Source: Burkholderiales bacterium (GTDB taxonomy: Bacteria; Pseudomonadota; Gammaproteobacteria; Burkholderiales; SG8-39). From it: a DNA stretch of 34,392 bases. Numbering within the stretch: the stretch's first letter is position 1; the number at the start of each line of letters is the position of its first letter. Below are positions 1 to 11,766 of the stretch, one piece after another. Position numbers and translations under genes: made by a program. The stretch covers positions 1 through 34,392 of the forward strand of contig DATIGR010000017.1 in the NCBI GenBank assembly GCA_035454645.1, read 5' to 3'. Under the pieces are notes generated by a model. The model was not told where the DNA came from and did not search any database. It was given only the letters and a program-made list of their open reading frames with translations.

Positions 1-471
1 CACCTTCACCTCCAGGCGCACGCCCGACATGCCGATCGGCTCGCGCACGTCCTCCTGGCCGTCGATGATGAACTCCTGGCGCAGCACGTGCAGGATCTGC
101 TGGTCGGTCGGGATGTTCACGGCGCGCGCGGTGTCGATCGCGCGGTTCACGTCGAGCGCGGTCACCTCGCGGTCCTTGACCGCCACCATGCCGGTCGAGT
201 TGAAGCTGCGGATGTGGCTGCCCGCGATGCCGACGTAGGCCGAGGCGATCTTGCAGTCGGCCATCAGCTCCGCCTCCTCGAGCGCGCGCTGGATCGCGGC
301 GACGGTGGCCTCGATGTTCACCACCACGCCTTTCTTCAGGCCCTTGGACTCGTGGCTGCCCATGCCGAGGAGCGCGAGCGCGCCGTCGGCGCCGAGCTCG
401 GACACCAGGCACGCCACCTTGGAGGTGCCGACGTCGAGCGCCACGATCAGGTTCTTGTTCTCTTTGGGCAT
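1..471 (-). CDS. ftsA: Cell division protein FtsA, first 157 codons (gene continues past the window start)
   Basis: The ATG is the reverse complement of cat at 469-471, and the frame stays open to position 1. The translation MPKENKNLIVALDVGTSKVACLVSELGADG...KGLKKGVVVNIEATV is the actin-like FtsA N-terminus (DVGTSK phosphate motif). It lies 6 nt downstream of ftsQ, as in canonical dcw clusters. It is absent from the ORF track because it runs off the edge. Confidence 0.93.
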   Translation of the reverse strand, partial: MPKENKNLIVALDVGTSKVACLVSELGADGALALLGMGSHESKGLKKGVVVNIEATVAAIQRALEEAELMADCKIASAYVGIAGSHIRSFNSTGMVAVKDREVTALDVNRAIDTARAVNIPTDQQILHVLRQEFIIDGQEDVREPIGMSGVRLEVKV

Positions 472-477
472 CCGGGC

Positions 478-1182
478 TCAGCCGCTCCGCTCCGGCACGC
501 GCAACGCGAAGCCGTTGGGATAGCGCAGGTCGACGTAGTCATGCGGCTTCTTCTTGTCCACCGTGGGATAGACCGCCACGAAACGGCGCAGGCGGGCCTC
601 GGCGAGGTCGGCGTCGCGTCCGAGCATGAGGTGCAGCCCGTTGCCCAGCCGCAGCTGCCAGGCGAGGCGCTGCGTCAGCACCACGCGCTCGACGCCGGTG
701 CCGAGCGGCGCCACGAGCTCGCTGAAGCGCTGATAGCGCCGCAGGACTTCGGCGGCGGTGCCGCCGGGAGCGACGAACACGGGCAGCGCCTGCTGGGTCC
801 TGGCGGAGAAGGTCTCGCCGAAGGTGTTGACCAGCCGGCTCGCCTCGTCCCCCGCGCCCCAGCGCGCGAGCGCGACGTGCTCCTCCACCGTGACTTCGAG
901 CCGCCCGGGCCAGACGCGGCGCACCGCGACGCGGCGCACCCAGGGCAGGCGCTCGACGCGGCTGCGCGCCTCGCCCAAGTCGGCGGCGAAGAAGTTTCCG
1001 GCCGCGCGCGGCAGCGCCGCTTCGATCTGCGCCCAAGGGGTGTTCTTCAGGTTTCCCGTCACCTCGATGCGGCTCACCGGGAAGCGCTCGGGAAGCAGCA
1101 GCCAGTAGAGCGTTCCGAGGCATGCCGCGAGCGCAACCAGGCCGGCGACGATTCCGAGAAAAAGGCTCACCCTAGCCGACAT
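478..1182 (-). CDS. ftsQ: Cell division protein FtsQ
   Basis: 234-aa ORF with an ATG start (cat 1180-1182). It has a single N-terminal TM ([23 protein letters not shown]) followed by a POTRA-like block ([11 protein letters not shown]...). It sits between ddl and ftsA. Confidence 0.9.
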   Translation of the reverse strand: MSARVSLFLGIVAGLVALAACLGTLYWLLLPERFPVSRIEVTGNLKNTPWAQIEAALPRAAGNFFAADLGEARSRVERLPWVRRVAVRRVWPGRLEVTVEEHVALARWGAGDEASRLVNTFGETFSARTQQALPVFVAPGGTAAEVLRRYQRFSELVAPLGTGVERVVLTQRLAWQLRLGNGLHLMLGRDADLAEARLRRFVAVYPTVDKKKPHDYVDLRYPNGFALRVPERSG

Positions 1183-2083
1183 GCGCGAGCTCCAGGATCT
1201 TCACGCACAGGTCCTCGTACGAGATGCCGACGGCGCGCGCCGCCATCGGCACCAGGCTGTGGCCGGTCATGCCCGGCGAGGTGTTCACTTCCAGCAGCCA
1301 TGGGCGCTTTTTCGCATCGAGCATGATGTCGATGCGTCCCCAGCCGCTGCACCCGGCGACGCGGAACGCCTCGAGCGAGAGCGCCTGCAGCTCCTTCTCC
1401 TTCTTCGCCGGCAGGCCGCACGGGCAGTGGTACTTCGTCTCGTCGGTGAAGTACTTGTGCTGGTAGTCGTAGTTGCCCTGCGGCGCTTCGATGCGGACGA
1501 GCGGCAGCGCGGTGTCGCCGAGGATGGCCGCGGTGTATTCCGGCCCGTCGATGAACTGCTCGGCGAGCGCAATGTCGCGGTACTTCCTCGCCGCGAGCTC
1601 GTACGCCGCGGGCAATTCCTTCGCCGAGCGCGCTTTCGTCAGCCCGAGGGTCGAGCCCTCGTTCGCGGGCTTTACGATCAGCGGCAGCTTCAGCTCGCGC
1701 GCCACGGACTGCCAGTCGTCCTTTTCGGTCAGAACCCGGAATCGGGGCGTCGGCAATCGGTTGGCGATCCAGATCATCTTGGTGCGCACCTTGTCCATGC
1801 CGACGGCCGAGCCGAGCACGCCGCTGCCGGTGTAGGGGATGCCGAGGAATTCGAGCGCGCCCTGGATCGTGCCGTCCTCGCCGCCGCGCCCGTGCAGCGC
1901 GATGAAGCAGCGCGCGTAGCTCTCGCTCCGGAGGTCGAAGAGGTCGCGCTGCGCCGGGTCGAAGGCATGCGCGTCGATCCCTCTCGAGCGCAGCGCCTTC
2001 AGCACGCCGTTGCCGCTCATGAGCGAAATCTCGCGCTCGGCGGATTTGCCTCCCATCAGCACGGCAACCTTGCCGAAGTTCAT
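1172..2083 (-). CDS. ddl: D-alanine--D-alanine ligase
   Basis: The track ORF runs up to 2443, but that extension is Arg/Pro-rich junk overlapping murB. Homology begins at ATG 2083 ([31 protein letters not shown]...), which forms an ATGA overlap with the murB stop (2080-2083). The body is ATP-grasp-like. Length is 303 aa. Confidence 0.93.
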   Translation of the reverse strand: MNFGKVAVLMGGKSAEREISLMSGNGVLKALRSRGIDAHAFDPAQRDLFDLRSESYARCFIALHGRGGEDGTIQGALEFLGIPYTGSGVLGSAVGMDKVRTKMIWIANRLPTPRFRVLTEKDDWQSVARELKLPLIVKPANEGSTLGLTKARSAKELPAAYELAARKYRDIALAEQFIDGPEYTAAILGDTALPLVRIEAPQGNYDYQHKYFTDETKYHCPCGLPAKKEKELQALSLEAFRVAGCSGWGRIDIMLDAKKRPWLLEVNTSPGMTGHSLVPMAARAVGISYEDLCVKILELAHVG

Positions 2084-2991
2084 GCTTCCTCTCCGACGAT
2101 GCGCACTTCGGTGGCGAGGTAGACCCCCTTCATCTGGTAGACCATGCGCTGGATGTGGCGGATCAGCCACTCGACGTCGGAAGCCCGGGCCGCGCCCTTC
2201 GGGTTGACGATGAAGTTGGCGTGCTTCTCCGAGACGCGCGCGCCGCCGCGCTCGAAGCCCTTGAGGCCGCACGACTCGATCAGGCGCGCGGCGTGGTGCT
2301 TGGGCGGGTTGCGGAACACGCTGCCCGCGTTCGGCAGCGCGAGCGGCTGGGTGGCGATGCGCCGCGCGAGCAGCTCCTTCATCACCGCGCGCGAGGCGTC
2401 GCCGTGGCCGGGCTTGAGGCCGAACCAGGCCGCGGCGAACCATTCCTCGGCCGGGGTCTTGGGCGCGCAGTGCCGGTAGCCGATGTCGTACTCGTCGCGG
2501 CCGCGCTCGACGATCCGGCCCTGCCGGTCGATGGTCGCGACGCGCTCCACGATGTCCCAGGTCTCGCCGCCGTAGCAGCCGGCGTTCATGGCGAGCGCGC
2601 CCCCGACGGTGCCGGGCACGCCGGCGAGGAATTCCGCGCCCTCCAGGTCGTGCAGCGCGGCGAAGCGCGCGACTTTCGGGCTCGCGACGCCGGCCTCGGC
2701 GTAGATCAGGCGCCCGCGCATCTGCGGCCGGCGCGAGGCGGCGTGCATCAGGACCGCGGTGCCGCGCCAGCCGCCGTCGCGCACCAGCAGGTTCGACCCG
2801 AGGCCGACGAAAAGGAGCGGCTCCTGCGGCGGCAGCTGCCGCAGGAAAGCCGCCAGGTCGTCGAGGTCCGCGGGCACGTAGAAGCGGTCGGCCGCGCCGC
2901 CGGTGCGCCAGGTCACGTGGCGGCCCATCGGCTCGTCGCGCCGGAGCTCGCCGCGCAGTTCCCGGAAGGCGAGGGTCTCGGCCATGTTCAT
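2080..2991 (-). CDS. murB: UDP-N-acetylenolpyruvoylglucosamine reductase
   Basis: 303-aa ORF with an ATG at 2991 forming an ATGA overlap with the murC stop. It shows MurB-like blocks: [43 protein letters not shown] and AGSVFRNP. Confidence 0.92.
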   Translation of the reverse strand: MNMAETLAFRELRGELRRDEPMGRHVTWRTGGAADRFYVPADLDDLAAFLRQLPPQEPLLFVGLGSNLLVRDGGWRGTAVLMHAASRRPQMRGRLIYAEAGVASPKVARFAALHDLEGAEFLAGVPGTVGGALAMNAGCYGGETWDIVERVATIDRQGRIVERGRDEYDIGYRHCAPKTPAEEWFAAAWFGLKPGHGDASRAVMKELLARRIATQPLALPNAGSVFRNPPKHHAARLIESCGLKGFERGGARVSEKHANFIVNPKGAARASDVEWLIRHIQRMVYQMKGVYLATEVRIVGEEA

Positions 2992-4379
2992 GCGGCTTGG
3001 GTGAGCTGCGCGGGCACGCCGCCGATCGAGCCCGCGCCCATGGTGATGACCACGTCGCCGGGCTCGGCCACGCGCCGGATTGCCGCCGGCATCTCGCCGA
3101 TGTCCTCGACGAACAGCGGCTCGACCTTGCCCGCGAGGCGCAGCGCGCGCGCGAGCGAGCGGCCGTCGGCGGCGACGATCGGCGCCTCGCCGGCGGGGTA
3201 GACCTCGGCGAGCAGCAGCACGTCGGCGCCGGAGAGCACGCGCACGAAGTCCTCGAACAGATCGCGCGTGCGCGAGTAGCGGTGCGGCTGGAACGCGAGC
3301 ACGATGCGCCGGCCGGGGAACGCGCCGCGCGCGGCCTCGAGGGTCGCGTCCATTTCGGCCGGGTGGTGGCCGTAGTCGTCGATCAGCGTGAAGCGCCCGT
3401 CGACCGTGCCGTAGTTCTGGAAGCGCCGGCCGACGCCCTTGAACTCGCGCAGGGCCTTGTGAATCGATTCATCCTTGATCTGGAGCTCGGTGCCCACCGC
3501 GATCGCGGCCAGCGCGTTCAGCACGTTGTGCCGCCCCGGAAGGTTGAGCAGAACCTCGAGCGGCTTCGCGCCCGGGCGCAGCGCGCGGAACTTCATGCGG
3601 CCGCGGTCGTGGGCGATCGCCTCGGCGCGCACCGACGCGTCCTCGCCGGTGCCGTAGGTGAGCACCGGCTTGGTGACCTGGGGCAGGAGCTCGCGCAGGT
3701 TCGGGTCGTCGGCGCACAGCACCGCCGCGCCGTAGAACGGCAGGTTCTGCAGGAATTGCACGAACGCCTGCTTGAGCCGCCCGAAGTCCTGCTCGTAGGT
3801 GTCCATGTGGTCGGCGTCGATGTTCGTGACCACCGCGATCACCGGCTGCAGGTGCAGGAACGAGGCGTCGGACTCGTCGGCCTCGACCACGATGAAGTCG
3901 CCGGCGCCGAGGCGCGCGTTCGAGCCGGCGGCGTTCAGGCGCCCGCCGATGACGAAGGTCGGGTCGAGCCCGCCTTCGGCCAGCACGCTCGCCACCAGGC
4001 TGGTGGTGGTGGTCTTGCCGTGCGTGCCGGCGATCGCCACGCCCTGCTTCAGCCGCATGAGCTCGGCGAGCATCAGCGCGCGCGGCACGACCGGGATGCG
4101 CCGCTCGCGCGCCGCGACGACCTCGGGGTTGTCCGACTGGACCGCGGAGGACACCACGACGGCGTCCGCGCCATTGACGTGCTGGGGCTTATGGCTCAGG
4201 GAGACGGTCGCTCCCAGAGACTTCAACCGCTGGGTCGCGGCGTTCTCCGCGAGGTCGGAGCCGCTCACCTGGTATCCGAGGTTGGCGAGGACCTCCGCGA
4301 TGCCCGACATCCCGGCGCCGCCGATGCCGACGAAATGGATGTGGCGGACCTTGTGCTTCACCGGGCGATCTCGCGGCAT
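2988..4379 (-). CDS. murC: UDP-N-acetylmuramate--L-alanine ligase
   Basis: The track ORF (774 aa) is over-extended into murG. The real N-terminus is ...[35 protein letters not shown], with the P-loop [13 protein letters not shown]. The first plausible start is ATG 4379 ([10 protein letters not shown]...). A GTG at 4361 would give [15 protein letters not shown], the usual betaproteobacterial N-terminus, and would form a GTGA overlap with the murG stop. Either start is possible. Confidence 0.93.
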   Translation of the reverse strand: MPRDRPVKHKVRHIHFVGIGGAGMSGIAEVLANLGYQVSGSDLAENAATQRLKSLGATVSLSHKPQHVNGADAVVVSSAVQSDNPEVVAARERRIPVVPRALMLAELMRLKQGVAIAGTHGKTTTTSLVASVLAEGGLDPTFVIGGRLNAAGSNARLGAGDFIVVEADESDASFLHLQPVIAVVTNIDADHMDTYEQDFGRLKQAFVQFLQNLPFYGAAVLCADDPNLRELLPQVTKPVLTYGTGEDASVRAEAIAHDRGRMKFRALRPGAKPLEVLLNLPGRHNVLNALAAIAVGTELQIKDESIHKALREFKGVGRRFQNYGTVDGRFTLIDDYGHHPAEMDATLEAARGAFPGRRIVLAFQPHRYSRTRDLFEDFVRVLSGADVLLLAEVYPAGEAPIVAADGRSLARALRLAGKVEPLFVEDIGEMPAAIRRVAEPGDVVITMGAGSIGGVPAQLTQAA

Positions 4380-5410
4380 CTTTGCGCCACGATGCGAGCC
4401 GCGTCGGGCTTGCCGAGCGCGCGCGCGTTCCGGGCCATCTCGAGGAGCTTCGGCCGGTCGAGCGCGCCGATCAGCCGCGCCAGCTTCTCCGGGGAGAGAT
4501 CGCGCTGCTGGATGAGGATCGCGGCGCCGCGCTCCGACAGAAACCTCGCGTTCGCGCTCTGGTGATCGTCGACCGCGTGCGGAAACGGCACCAGGATGCT
4601 CGCCATGCCGCCGGCGGAGAGCTCGGCGATGGTCACCGCGCCGGCGCGGCAGATGACGAGATCGGCCTCGGCGTAGCGCCGCGCCATGTCGTCGATGAAG
4701 GCAACGAGCTCGCCCTGCACGCCGGCGGCGGCGTAGTGGGCCTTCAGCGCGTCGAGATGCTTTTCGCCTGCCTGGTGGACCACGAGGGGCTTCGGCCGCA
4801 GAAGCGAAAGCGCCCTGGGCAGCACTTCGTTCAGCGCCTGCGCGCCGAGGCTGCCGCCCACGACGAGCAGGCGCAACGGCCCTTGCCTTTCCTGAAAACG
4901 AATTTCCGGCGCGGCGATGGCGGCGATCTCGCCGCGCACGGGATTGCCGGTCCATTCGGCGCCCTTGAGCGCGCCCGGGAACGCGACCATCACCTTGTCG
5001 CTCACCTGCGCGAGCACGCGGTTGGCGAGGCCCGCGACCGCGTTCTGCTCGTGCAGCGCGAGCGGCCGGTTGAGGAGCGAGGCCATCATGCCGCCGGGGA
5101 ACGCGACATAGCCCCCCAGGCCGAGCACTACGGAGGGCTTGAGGCGGCGGATGGCGCGCGCGCTTTCCCAGAACGAGTAGAGCAGGTTCGCCGGCAGCAG
5201 GAGCTTTTGCAGCAGGCCCTTGCCGCGCGCGGCGCGCGCGCGGATCCACGCGGTGCGGTAGCCGTGCCGGGGCACGAGGCGCTCTTCCATTCCGCCGCGC
5301 GCGCCCATCCACACCACGTCCCAGCCGGCGGCGCGCATCTGCTCGGCGACCGCGAGCCCCGGGAAGATATGTCCTCCCGTTCCGCCCGCCATGATGAGGA
5401 TGCTTTTCAA
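4358..5410 (-). CDS. murG: Undecaprenyldiphospho-muramoylpentapeptide beta-N-acetylglucosaminyltransferase
   Basis: The conserved N-terminus is [36 protein letters not shown] at 5410-5408 overlaps the ftsW stop (5409-5407) and preserves beta-strand 1. The next ATG (5392) would start at MAGGTGGH and truncate that strand. The track ORF extends falsely to 6508. Confidence 0.9.
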   Translation of the reverse strand: MKSILIMAGGTGGHIFPGLAVAEQMRAAGWDVVWMGARGGMEERLVPRHGYRTAWIRARAARGKGLLQKLLLPANLLYSFWESARAIRRLKPSVVLGLGGYVAFPGGMMASLLNRPLALHEQNAVAGLANRVLAQVSDKVMVAFPGALKGAEWTGNPVRGEIAAIAAPEIRFQERQGPLRLLVVGGSLGAQALNEVLPRALSLLRPKPLVVHQAGEKHLDALKAHYAAAGVQGELVAFIDDMARRYAEADLVICRAGAVTIAELSAGGMASILVPFPHAVDDHQSANARFLSERGAAILIQQRDLSPEKLARLIGALDRPKLLEMARNARALGKPDAARIVAQRCREIAR

Positions 5411-6570
5411 GCGTTCAGGCCCCTCGAAAGCTGGCGGTTTTCCCAGTCGATGCGCAGCAGGATCGCGAGGGCCACGAAGTTGGCGAGCAGGCCGGAGCCG
5501 CCGTAGCTCATGAGCGGCAGCGTCAGGCCCTTGGTCGGCAGCAGGCCCGTGTTCACGCCCATGTTGATGAGCGCCTGGAAGCCGAACCAGATGCCGATGC
5601 CCTGCGCGGCGAGCGCCGCGAAGTGGCGCTCGTGCAGGCAGGCCTGGCGCCCGATGGCGAAGGCGCGCGCCACCAGCCAGGCGAAAAGCGCGATCACCAG
5701 CGCGACGCCCGCGAGGCCGAGCTCCTCGGCCACCACGGCGAGCAGGAAGTCGGTATGCGCCTCGGGCAGGTAGAACAGCTTCTCGACGCTCGCGCCGAGG
5801 CCGACGCCGAGCCATTCGCCGCGGCCGAAAGCGATCAGGGCGTGCGACAGCTGATAGCCCCCGCCGTAGGGATCGGACCACGGATCCATGAAGCCCAGGA
5901 TGCGCTGCAGGCGGTAGGGCGAGGCGAGCACCAGGAGCGCGAAGCCCGCGGCCAGCATGCCGAGCAGCGCGACGAAGTGGCGGCCGTTCATGCCGCCGAG
6001 GAACAGGATCGCGAACGCGATCATCGCGATCACCACCAGCGCGCCGAAGTCGGGCTCGCGCAGCAGCAGCCACGAGACGAGCAGCATCACCGCGAGCATC
6101 GGCAGCAGCCCCCGGCGGAAGCTCTTCAGCACCGCGTGCTTGCGCGCGGTGTAGTCGGCCGCGTAGAGCACGACCGCGAGCTTCATCACCTCCGAGGGCT
6201 GGGCGCTGAAGCCCGGCAGATCGAGCCAGCGCCGCGCGCCATTCACCTCGCGCCCGAACCCGGGGACGAGCACGAGCGCGAGTCCGGCGAGCGCGGCGAC
6301 GAACAGCCACGGCGCGAGCTTCTGCCACAGGCGCGCCGGGACCAGGAACACCGTGATCGCCGCGCAGAGCGCGATCGCCAGGTACGCCGCGTGGCGCGCG
6401 AGGAACCATGCCGGGTTGTTGCCGGTGTAGCGGCTCGCCTCCGCGGTCGCGATCGAAGCCGAGTACACCATCACCAGCCCGATCGCGGCGAGGACGAGCG
6501 CGGCCCACGTCGCCGAGCGGTCGTACTCCGCGCTCGGCGCGTTGCGCGCGAAGACGTAAGTCTGGCTCAC
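5407..6570 (-). CDS. ftsW: Peptidoglycan glycosyltransferase FtsW (SEDS family)
   Basis: A GTG at 6570 forms a GTGA overlap with the murD stop, and there is no in-frame ATG upstream of TM1. The 387-aa polytopic protein carries the SEDS block [23 protein letters not shown]. The track ORF is over-extended to 7683. Confidence 0.9.
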   Translation of the reverse strand: MSQTYVFARNAPSAEYDRSATWAALVLAAIGLVMVYSASIATAEASRYTGNNPAWFLARHAAYLAIALCAAITVFLVPARLWQKLAPWLFVAALAGLALVLVPGFGREVNGARRWLDLPGFSAQPSEVMKLAVVLYAADYTARKHAVLKSFRRGLLPMLAVMLLVSWLLLREPDFGALVVIAMIAFAILFLGGMNGRHFVALLGMLAAGFALLVLASPYRLQRILGFMDPWSDPYGGGYQLSHALIAFGRGEWLGVGLGASVEKLFYLPEAHTDFLLAVVAEELGLAGVALVIALFAWLVARAFAIGRQACLHERHFAALAAQGIGIWFGFQALINMGVNTGLLPTKGLTLPLMSYGGSGLLANFVALAILLRIDWENRQLSRGLNA

Positions 6571-7925
6571 GGCCCGAGGCTCCTGACCGCCTGCGCGAAC
6601 ACCTCGCCGCGATGGCGGTAGTCGCGGAACATGTCGAAGCTCGCGCACGCGGGCGAAAGCAGGACTGCTTCCCCGGGCCTTGCCAGCCCGGCCGCGCGCT
6701 GCACCGCCTGCTCGAGCGAGGCGCAGCGCTCGCCCGGCACGACCTTCCCGATCAGGGGCGCGTCGCGCCCGATCAGCAGGACATGAGAAGCGAATTTCCG
6801 CGCCACCTCGCGCAGCGGCGAGAAATCCTGCCCCTTGCCGTCGCCGCCGAGGATCAGCACGCTCTTGCGCCCCAGGCCGCGCAGCGCCGCCGCCGTCGCG
6901 CCGACGTTCGTGCCCTTGGAGTCGTCGTACCACTCGACGCCGCGGCGCGTCGCCACCAGCTCCAGCCGGTGCGGCAGGCCCTTGAAGGTCTTGAGCCCCC
7001 GGGCCAAACTCGCGGCGTCGAGATTGATTGTCGAAACCAAGGCGCAGGCGGCGAGAGCATTTGCGACGTTGTGCATGCCCCGGATGGGCAGCTCGTCGAC
7101 GGGCAGGATTTCCGTGCTCCCCTGGACGAGCCTGTCGCCGGCCAGGCCGAACTCGCGCGGTCCGGATGGCTTGTCCAGGCCGAACGTGATGAGCTTCTTT
7201 CCCGGCTGCGCCATGGCGAGGGAGCGCGGATCGTCCCGGTTCAGCACCTGGACCGCCGCGCCCATGAAAACGCGCGCCTTGGCGGCGCCGTAGTCCTCGA
7301 GGCTCGCGTAGCGGTCCAGGTGATCCTCGGTCAGGTTGAGCATCGCCGCCGCGGCCGGCGCGAGCGACCAGGTCGTCTCGAGCTGGTAGCTGGAAAGCTC
7401 CAGCACCCATGCGCGCGGCAGCTTTCCCGACTCGAGCCGCTTGCGGAATGCCTCCAGCACCGGCGGCCCGATGTTGCCGGCGACCTCGCAGTCGACGCCG
7501 GCGCTGCGCACGAGGTGCCCGGCGAGCGCCGTGACGGTGCTCTTGCCGTTGGTGCCGGTGACGGCGAGCACGGGCTGGCGCGCGTGCCAGGCGAAGAGCT
7601 CGATGTCGCCGAACACCGGCAGGCGTTGCGCCGCGGCCGCGCGAATCAACGGTTCCTCCAGCGAAAGGCCGGGACTGATGCACACCACATCCACGTCCTG
7701 CAGGAGTGAGGGCGAAAACGGCCCGGCGTGCAGCTCGCCGGCGAAATCGGCCCGCCGTGGCGGATCGCGCCGGCTGTCGGCCACGCGCACGCTGGCCCCT
7801 TCGCGCGCGGCCCAGCGTGCAACCGAAATCCCGGTATCGCCGAGGCCGAGCACCAGCAGCCGCCGGCCGACCAGCGGCGTCGGGCGCGGAGTCGGCAGCG
7901 GCTGGAAGGGCGGCTCGCGCATCAT
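6567..7925 (-). CDS. murD: UDP-N-acetylmuramoylalanine--D-glutamate ligase
   Basis: ATGATG at 7925-7920 forms an ATGA overlap with the mraY stop. It has a Rossmann-like [16 protein letters not shown] and the P-loop [15 protein letters not shown]. Length is 452 aa. The track ORF is over-extended to 8993. Confidence 0.92.
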   Translation of the reverse strand: MMREPPFQPLPTPRPTPLVGRRLLVLGLGDTGISVARWAAREGASVRVADSRRDPPRRADFAGELHAGPFSPSLLQDVDVVCISPGLSLEEPLIRAAAAQRLPVFGDIELFAWHARQPVLAVTGTNGKSTVTALAGHLVRSAGVDCEVAGNIGPPVLEAFRKRLESGKLPRAWVLELSSYQLETTWSLAPAAAAMLNLTEDHLDRYASLEDYGAAKARVFMGAAVQVLNRDDPRSLAMAQPGKKLITFGLDKPSGPREFGLAGDRLVQGSTEILPVDELPIRGMHNVANALAACALVSTINLDAASLARGLKTFKGLPHRLELVATRRGVEWYDDSKGTNVGATAAALRGLGRKSVLILGGDGKGQDFSPLREVARKFASHVLLIGRDAPLIGKVVPGERCASLEQAVQRAAGLARPGEAVLLSPACASFDMFRDYRHRGEVFAQAVRSLGP

Positions 7926-9013
7926 CTGAGCTTGAGGGTCGAGAGCCCGAACAGCACGAGCATCATGGTGATGATCCAGAAGCGCACCACCACCTGGCTC
8001 TCCTTCCAGCCTTCGAGCTCGTAGTGGTGGTGCAGCGGCGCCATGCGGAAGATGCGCTTGCCGCCGGTCCACTTGAAGTACAGCACCTGCAGCATGACCG
8101 AGAGCGTCTCGGCGACGAACACCCCGCCCATGATGAACAGCACGATCTCCTGGCGCACGATGACCGCGATCGTGCCGAGCGCCGCGCCGAGCGCGAGCGC
8201 GCCCACGTCGCCCATGAACACTTCCGCCGGGTAGGCGTTGAACCAGAGGAAGCCCAGGCCCGCGCCGGCCATCGCGCCGCAGATCACCGCGAGCTCGCCC
8301 GCGCCGGCGATGTACGGCAGGCCGAGATACTTGGAGAACACCGCGTGCCCGGCGACGTAGGCGAAGATGCCGAGCGCGCCCCCGACCATCACGGTGGGCA
8401 TGATCGCGAGGCCGTCGAGGCCGTCGGTGAGGTTGACCGCGTTCGACGTGCCCACGATGACGAAGAACGTGAGCACGACGAAGCCCGCCGCGCCGAGCGG
8501 GTAGGCGATGTGCTTGAAGAACGGCACGATGAGGTCGTTCAGCGCCGGGATCGCCTGCGTGAGCGTGCCGAGGTACAGCGCCGCCGACAGGCCGATCAGC
8601 GCCTGCCAGAAGAACTTCCAGCGCGGCGGCAGGCCGCGCGGATCGCGGTGCACGACCTTGCGGTAGTCGTCGATCCAGCCGATCGTGCCGAACGCGACCG
8701 TGACCAGGAGCACCACCCACACGAAGCGGTTGGACAGATCGCCCCACAGCAGCGTGGTGAGGCACATGGAGACCAGGATCAGCGCGCCGCCCATGGTCGG
8801 CGTGCCGGCCTTGGGGAGGTGGGAGCGCGGGCCCTCCTCGCGCACCGCCTGCCCGATCTTGTACGCGGTGAGCTTGCGGATGACGTAGGGGCCGAGGATC
8901 AGGGACACCGCGAGCGCGGTGAGGCACGCGAGCACCGCGCGCAGCGTGATGTAGTTGAACACGTTGAACAGGCGAACCTCTCTCGCCAGCCATTGCGCGA
9001 GCTCGAGCAGCAT
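7922..9013 (-). CDS. mraY: Phospho-N-acetylmuramoyl-pentapeptide-transferase
   Basis: 363-aa polytopic [32 protein letters not shown]...GTPTMGG...[13 protein letters not shown]...HHHYE. The ATG at 9013 shares 1 nt with the murF stop (TGATG). Confidence 0.95.
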   Translation of the reverse strand: MLLELAQWLAREVRLFNVFNYITLRAVLACLTALAVSLILGPYVIRKLTAYKIGQAVREEGPRSHLPKAGTPTMGGALILVSMCLTTLLWGDLSNRFVWVVLLVTVAFGTIGWIDDYRKVVHRDPRGLPPRWKFFWQALIGLSAALYLGTLTQAIPALNDLIVPFFKHIAYPLGAAGFVVLTFFVIVGTSNAVNLTDGLDGLAIMPTVMVGGALGIFAYVAGHAVFSKYLGLPYIAGAGELAVICGAMAGAGLGFLWFNAYPAEVFMGDVGALALGAALGTIAVIVRQEIVLFIMGGVFVAETLSVMLQVLYFKWTGGKRIFRMAPLHHHYELEGWKESQVVVRFWIITMMLVLFGLSTLKLR

Positions 9014-10359
9014 CAGTGCCCTCCCTCAGCGGCGCCGGTGAGCGCGGCCACGACGCGCTCCATCTTCATGAAGCGCGAGCCCTTCACCAGCACGGTTTCG
9101 CCCTTCAAGCCGGAAACGAGCTCGTCCACGGTGTCGAAGTGCTGCCCGCCCTCGCCGAAGGCCTGCACCGCGTGCGCCGTCGCCTCGCCGAGCGCGAGGA
9201 GCCGCGACACGCCCTTGGCGCGCGCGTACGCGCCGACCTCGCGGTGAAACTCGGCGCCGTGCTCGCCGACTTCGCCCATGTCGCCGAGCACCAGCGCCGT
9301 CGGCGGCGGGCAGGAGGCGAGGACGTCGATCGCGGCGCGCACCGAGTCGGGATTGGCGTTGTAGCTGTCGTCGATCACGGTTGCGCCCCCGGCGGCCTTC
9401 TTCACCTGCAGCCTGCCGGCGTAGGGACGGAAGGCGCTCAATCCTTCTGCAATGGTGGTGGGCTTGATTCCCACGGCATGAGCGCAAGCCGCGGCGGCGA
9501 GCGCGTTGCGCACGTTGTGGATCCCGGGAATGGCGAGCGTCGCGTCGGCTTCGCCGGCGGGCGTGTGCAGGCGGATCTCGCTCGAGAGGTGGCGCAGCCG
9601 GCAGCGCCCGCCGACCGCGGCGCCGCCGAGGCCGAATTCGACCGCGCGGCGCTTGCCCGCGCGGCTGCGGAAGACCGCGGCGTGCGGATCGTCGGCGTTG
9701 ATCACCGCGACGCCGTCGGCCGGCAGCGCCTCGTACACGCTGGCGTTCTCCGCCGCGACCTCCTCGACCGAATGCATGAACTCGAGGTGCTCGCGCTGCG
9801 CGTTGTTCACGAGCGCCACCGTCGGCCGCGCGATGCGGGCGAGGGTGGCGATCTCGCCCTTGTGATTCATGCCGAGCTCGATCGCGCACCAGCGGTGCGC
9901 GCGGCGCAGCCCGAGGAGCGTGAGCGGCAGCCCGATGTCATTGTTGAGGTTGCCGCGCGTCGCGAGCACTGCGTCCTCGCCGGCGTGCCGCCGCAGGACG
10001 GCCGCCAGCATCTCTTTCACGGTCGTCTTCCCGTTCGAGCCGGTGATCGCGATCAGGGCGGGCGTGAAGCGGGCGCGCCAGTAGCGCGCGAGATCGCCGA
10101 GCGAGCGGCGCGTGTCGCTCACCACCAGCGCCGGCAGCGGAGTCTCGCCGCGGTGGGCCGCGTCCACCATCGCCGCCGCGGCGCGCGCGTCGGCCGCCGC
10201 TTTCAGGAAGTCGTGGCCGTCGAAGCGCTCGCCGCGCAGCGCGACGAAGAGCTCGCCCGCCCTGATGCTGCGGCTGTCGGTGGCTACGCCCGTGAACCGC
10301 ACGTCGGCGCCGCTCGTGCGGGCGCCGAGCGCGGCGGCGGCCTCGGCGAGCCGCATCAT
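9013..10359 (-). CDS. murF: UDP-N-acetylmuramoyl-tripeptide--D-alanyl-D-alanine ligase
   Basis: 448-aa ORF with ATGATG at 10359 forming an ATGA overlap with the murE stop. It has [28 protein letters not shown] and the P-loop [14 protein letters not shown]. Confidence 0.93.
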   Translation of the reverse strand: MMRLAEAAAALGARTSGADVRFTGVATDSRSIRAGELFVALRGERFDGHDFLKAAADARAAAAMVDAAHRGETPLPALVVSDTRRSLGDLARYWRARFTPALIAITGSNGKTTVKEMLAAVLRRHAGEDAVLATRGNLNNDIGLPLTLLGLRRAHRWCAIELGMNHKGEIATLARIARPTVALVNNAQREHLEFMHSVEEVAAENASVYEALPADGVAVINADDPHAAVFRSRAGKRRAVEFGLGGAAVGGRCRLRHLSSEIRLHTPAGEADATLAIPGIHNVRNALAAAACAHAVGIKPTTIAEGLSAFRPYAGRLQVKKAAGGATVIDDSYNANPDSVRAAIDVLASCPPPTALVLGDMGEVGEHGAEFHREVGAYARAKGVSRLLALGEATAHAVQAFGEGGQHFDTVDELVSGLKGETVLVKGSRFMKMERVVAALTGAAEGGH

Positions 10360-11750
10360 CCCGCCCTCCGCGCGAGCGCGGCGCGCGCCTGCTCCGGGTC
10401 GGAGAAAGGGACGCGCCGGCCGGCGATTTCCTGGTAGGCCTCGTGGCCCTTGCCGGCGATCAGCACCACATCTTCCTTGTGCGCCGAGGAGATGATTCTT
10501 TCGATGGCACGAGCGCGGTCTGCTTCCACCTCGTGCGCTCCGCGGATCCCCTTGCAGATCTGGGCGATGATGGCGATCGGATCCTCGCCGCGCGGGTTGT
10601 CGGAGGTGACGAGCACCCGGTCGGCGAGGCGCGACGCGACCGCGCCCATCGGCGCTCGCTTGCTCGGATCGCGCTCACCCCCGGCGCCGAACGCCACCGC
10701 GAGGCGCCCGCCGCGCGCCGACGCGACCGGTCGCAGCGCCTGCAGCACGTTCTCGAGCGCATCGGGGGTGTGCGCGTAGTCGATCACCACCAGCGGCTCC
10801 GCGCCGACGCGCTGCATGCGCCCGGGAACGGGCGGCAGCCTGGCGAGCAGCCGCGCGCCTTCCTCTACGGGAATTCCCCTGGCCAGCAGGCAGCCGAGCA
10901 CGCCGAGGGCGTTCGCCACATTGAAGCGGCCGAGCACCGGAAGCGATGCCGGATCGACCTGCCGCCCGGCGAGGATCGCCTCGTCCACCGGCGCGCGGGC
11001 CGCGCCAAGGCTGTAGCCGATCGTGCGCACGCGCCCGGCCAGCCGCCGCGCCAGCTCGACACCGAGCGCATCGTCGAGGTTGAGCACCGCGGCCGCGAGC
11101 CCGGGCATCTCGAACAGCCGCGCCTTCGCGGCGGCATAGTTGGCCATCGAGCCGTGGTAGTCGAGATGGTCGTGCGAAAGATTCGTGAACAGCGCGCACG
11201 AGAAGCGCACGCCGCTCACGCGGCCTTGCACGAGCCCGTGGGAGGAGACTTCCATCGCCACCGCTTTCGCTCCCTGCTCGAGGAAGCTCCGCAGCAGGAA
11301 CTGGGTCTCCACGGCGTCGGGCGTGGTATTGGTCGGCGCCGAGAGCGCGCCCGGGAAGCCGGCGCCGAGCGTCCCGATTACGGCGGCTTTCTCCAGCAGC
11401 GCGGCGATCCATTGGCTGCACGAGGTCTTGCCGTTGGTGCCGGTCACGCCGCAGACCCACAGCGACTCCGACGGGCGGCCGTAGAACCCGTGCGCGAGCG
11501 CGCTCGCCTGCTGCTTGAGGCCCTCGACCGGGAAGTTCGGCACGCGCCATTCGGCGCGCCAGTCGAAGCCCTTCTGCTCCCAGAGGACCGCGGCCGCGCC
11601 GCGCGCCACGGCGTCGCCGATGTACGCGCGGCCGTCCGAAGCCTCGCCCGGGTAGGCGAGAAACGCGACGCCGGGCGCGCAGCGGCGGCTGTCCGAGGAC
11701 AGGCGCTCGATCATCGCGCCCTGCGCGGCGAGTTGCGGGAAAGGGTCCAC
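10356..11750 (-). CDS. murE: UDP-N-acetylmuramoyl-L-alanyl-D-glutamate--2,6-diaminopimelate ligase
   Basis: It shows SDSRRCAPGVAFLAYPGEASDGRAYI, the P-loop GVTGTNGKTS, and TSDNPRGEDP (the DNPR motif). The start is uncertain. GTG 11750 is chosen here. ATG 11714 leaves only 6 aa before DSR. The track's ATG at 11819 adds an Arg-rich tail overlapping ftsI by 53 nt. Confidence 0.86.
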   Translation of the reverse strand: MDPFPQLAAQGAMIERLSSDSRRCAPGVAFLAYPGEASDGRAYIGDAVARGAAAVLWEQKGFDWRAEWRVPNFPVEGLKQQASALAHGFYGRPSESLWVCGVTGTNGKTSCSQWIAALLEKAAVIGTLGAGFPGALSAPTNTTPDAVETQFLLRSFLEQGAKAVAMEVSSHGLVQGRVSGVRFSCALFTNLSHDHLDYHGSMANYAAAKARLFEMPGLAAAVLNLDDALGVELARRLAGRVRTIGYSLGAARAPVDEAILAGRQVDPASLPVLGRFNVANALGVLGCLLARGIPVEEGARLLARLPPVPGRMQRVGAEPLVVIDYAHTPDALENVLQALRPVASARGGRLAVAFGAGGERDPSKRAPMGAVASRLADRVLVTSDNPRGEDPIAIIAQICKGIRGAHEVEADRARAIERIISSAHKEDVVLIAGKGHEAYQEIAGRRVPFSDPEQARAALARRAG

Positions 11751-11766
11751 GCCTCCACATCCACGG

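Noticed and set aside
2988-5312. Over-long track ORFs suggest giant fusion proteins: murC as 774 aa, murG as 716 aa, ftsW as 758 aa, murD as 808 aa, ddl as 423 aa, the alcohol dehydrogenase as 463 aa and DctP as 504 aa.
   Set aside because: The N-terminal extensions are Arg/Pro/Ala-rich. They overlap the upstream gene in another frame and end exactly where conserved N-termini and ATGA/GTGA junctions occur. They are artefacts of a longest-ORF rule.
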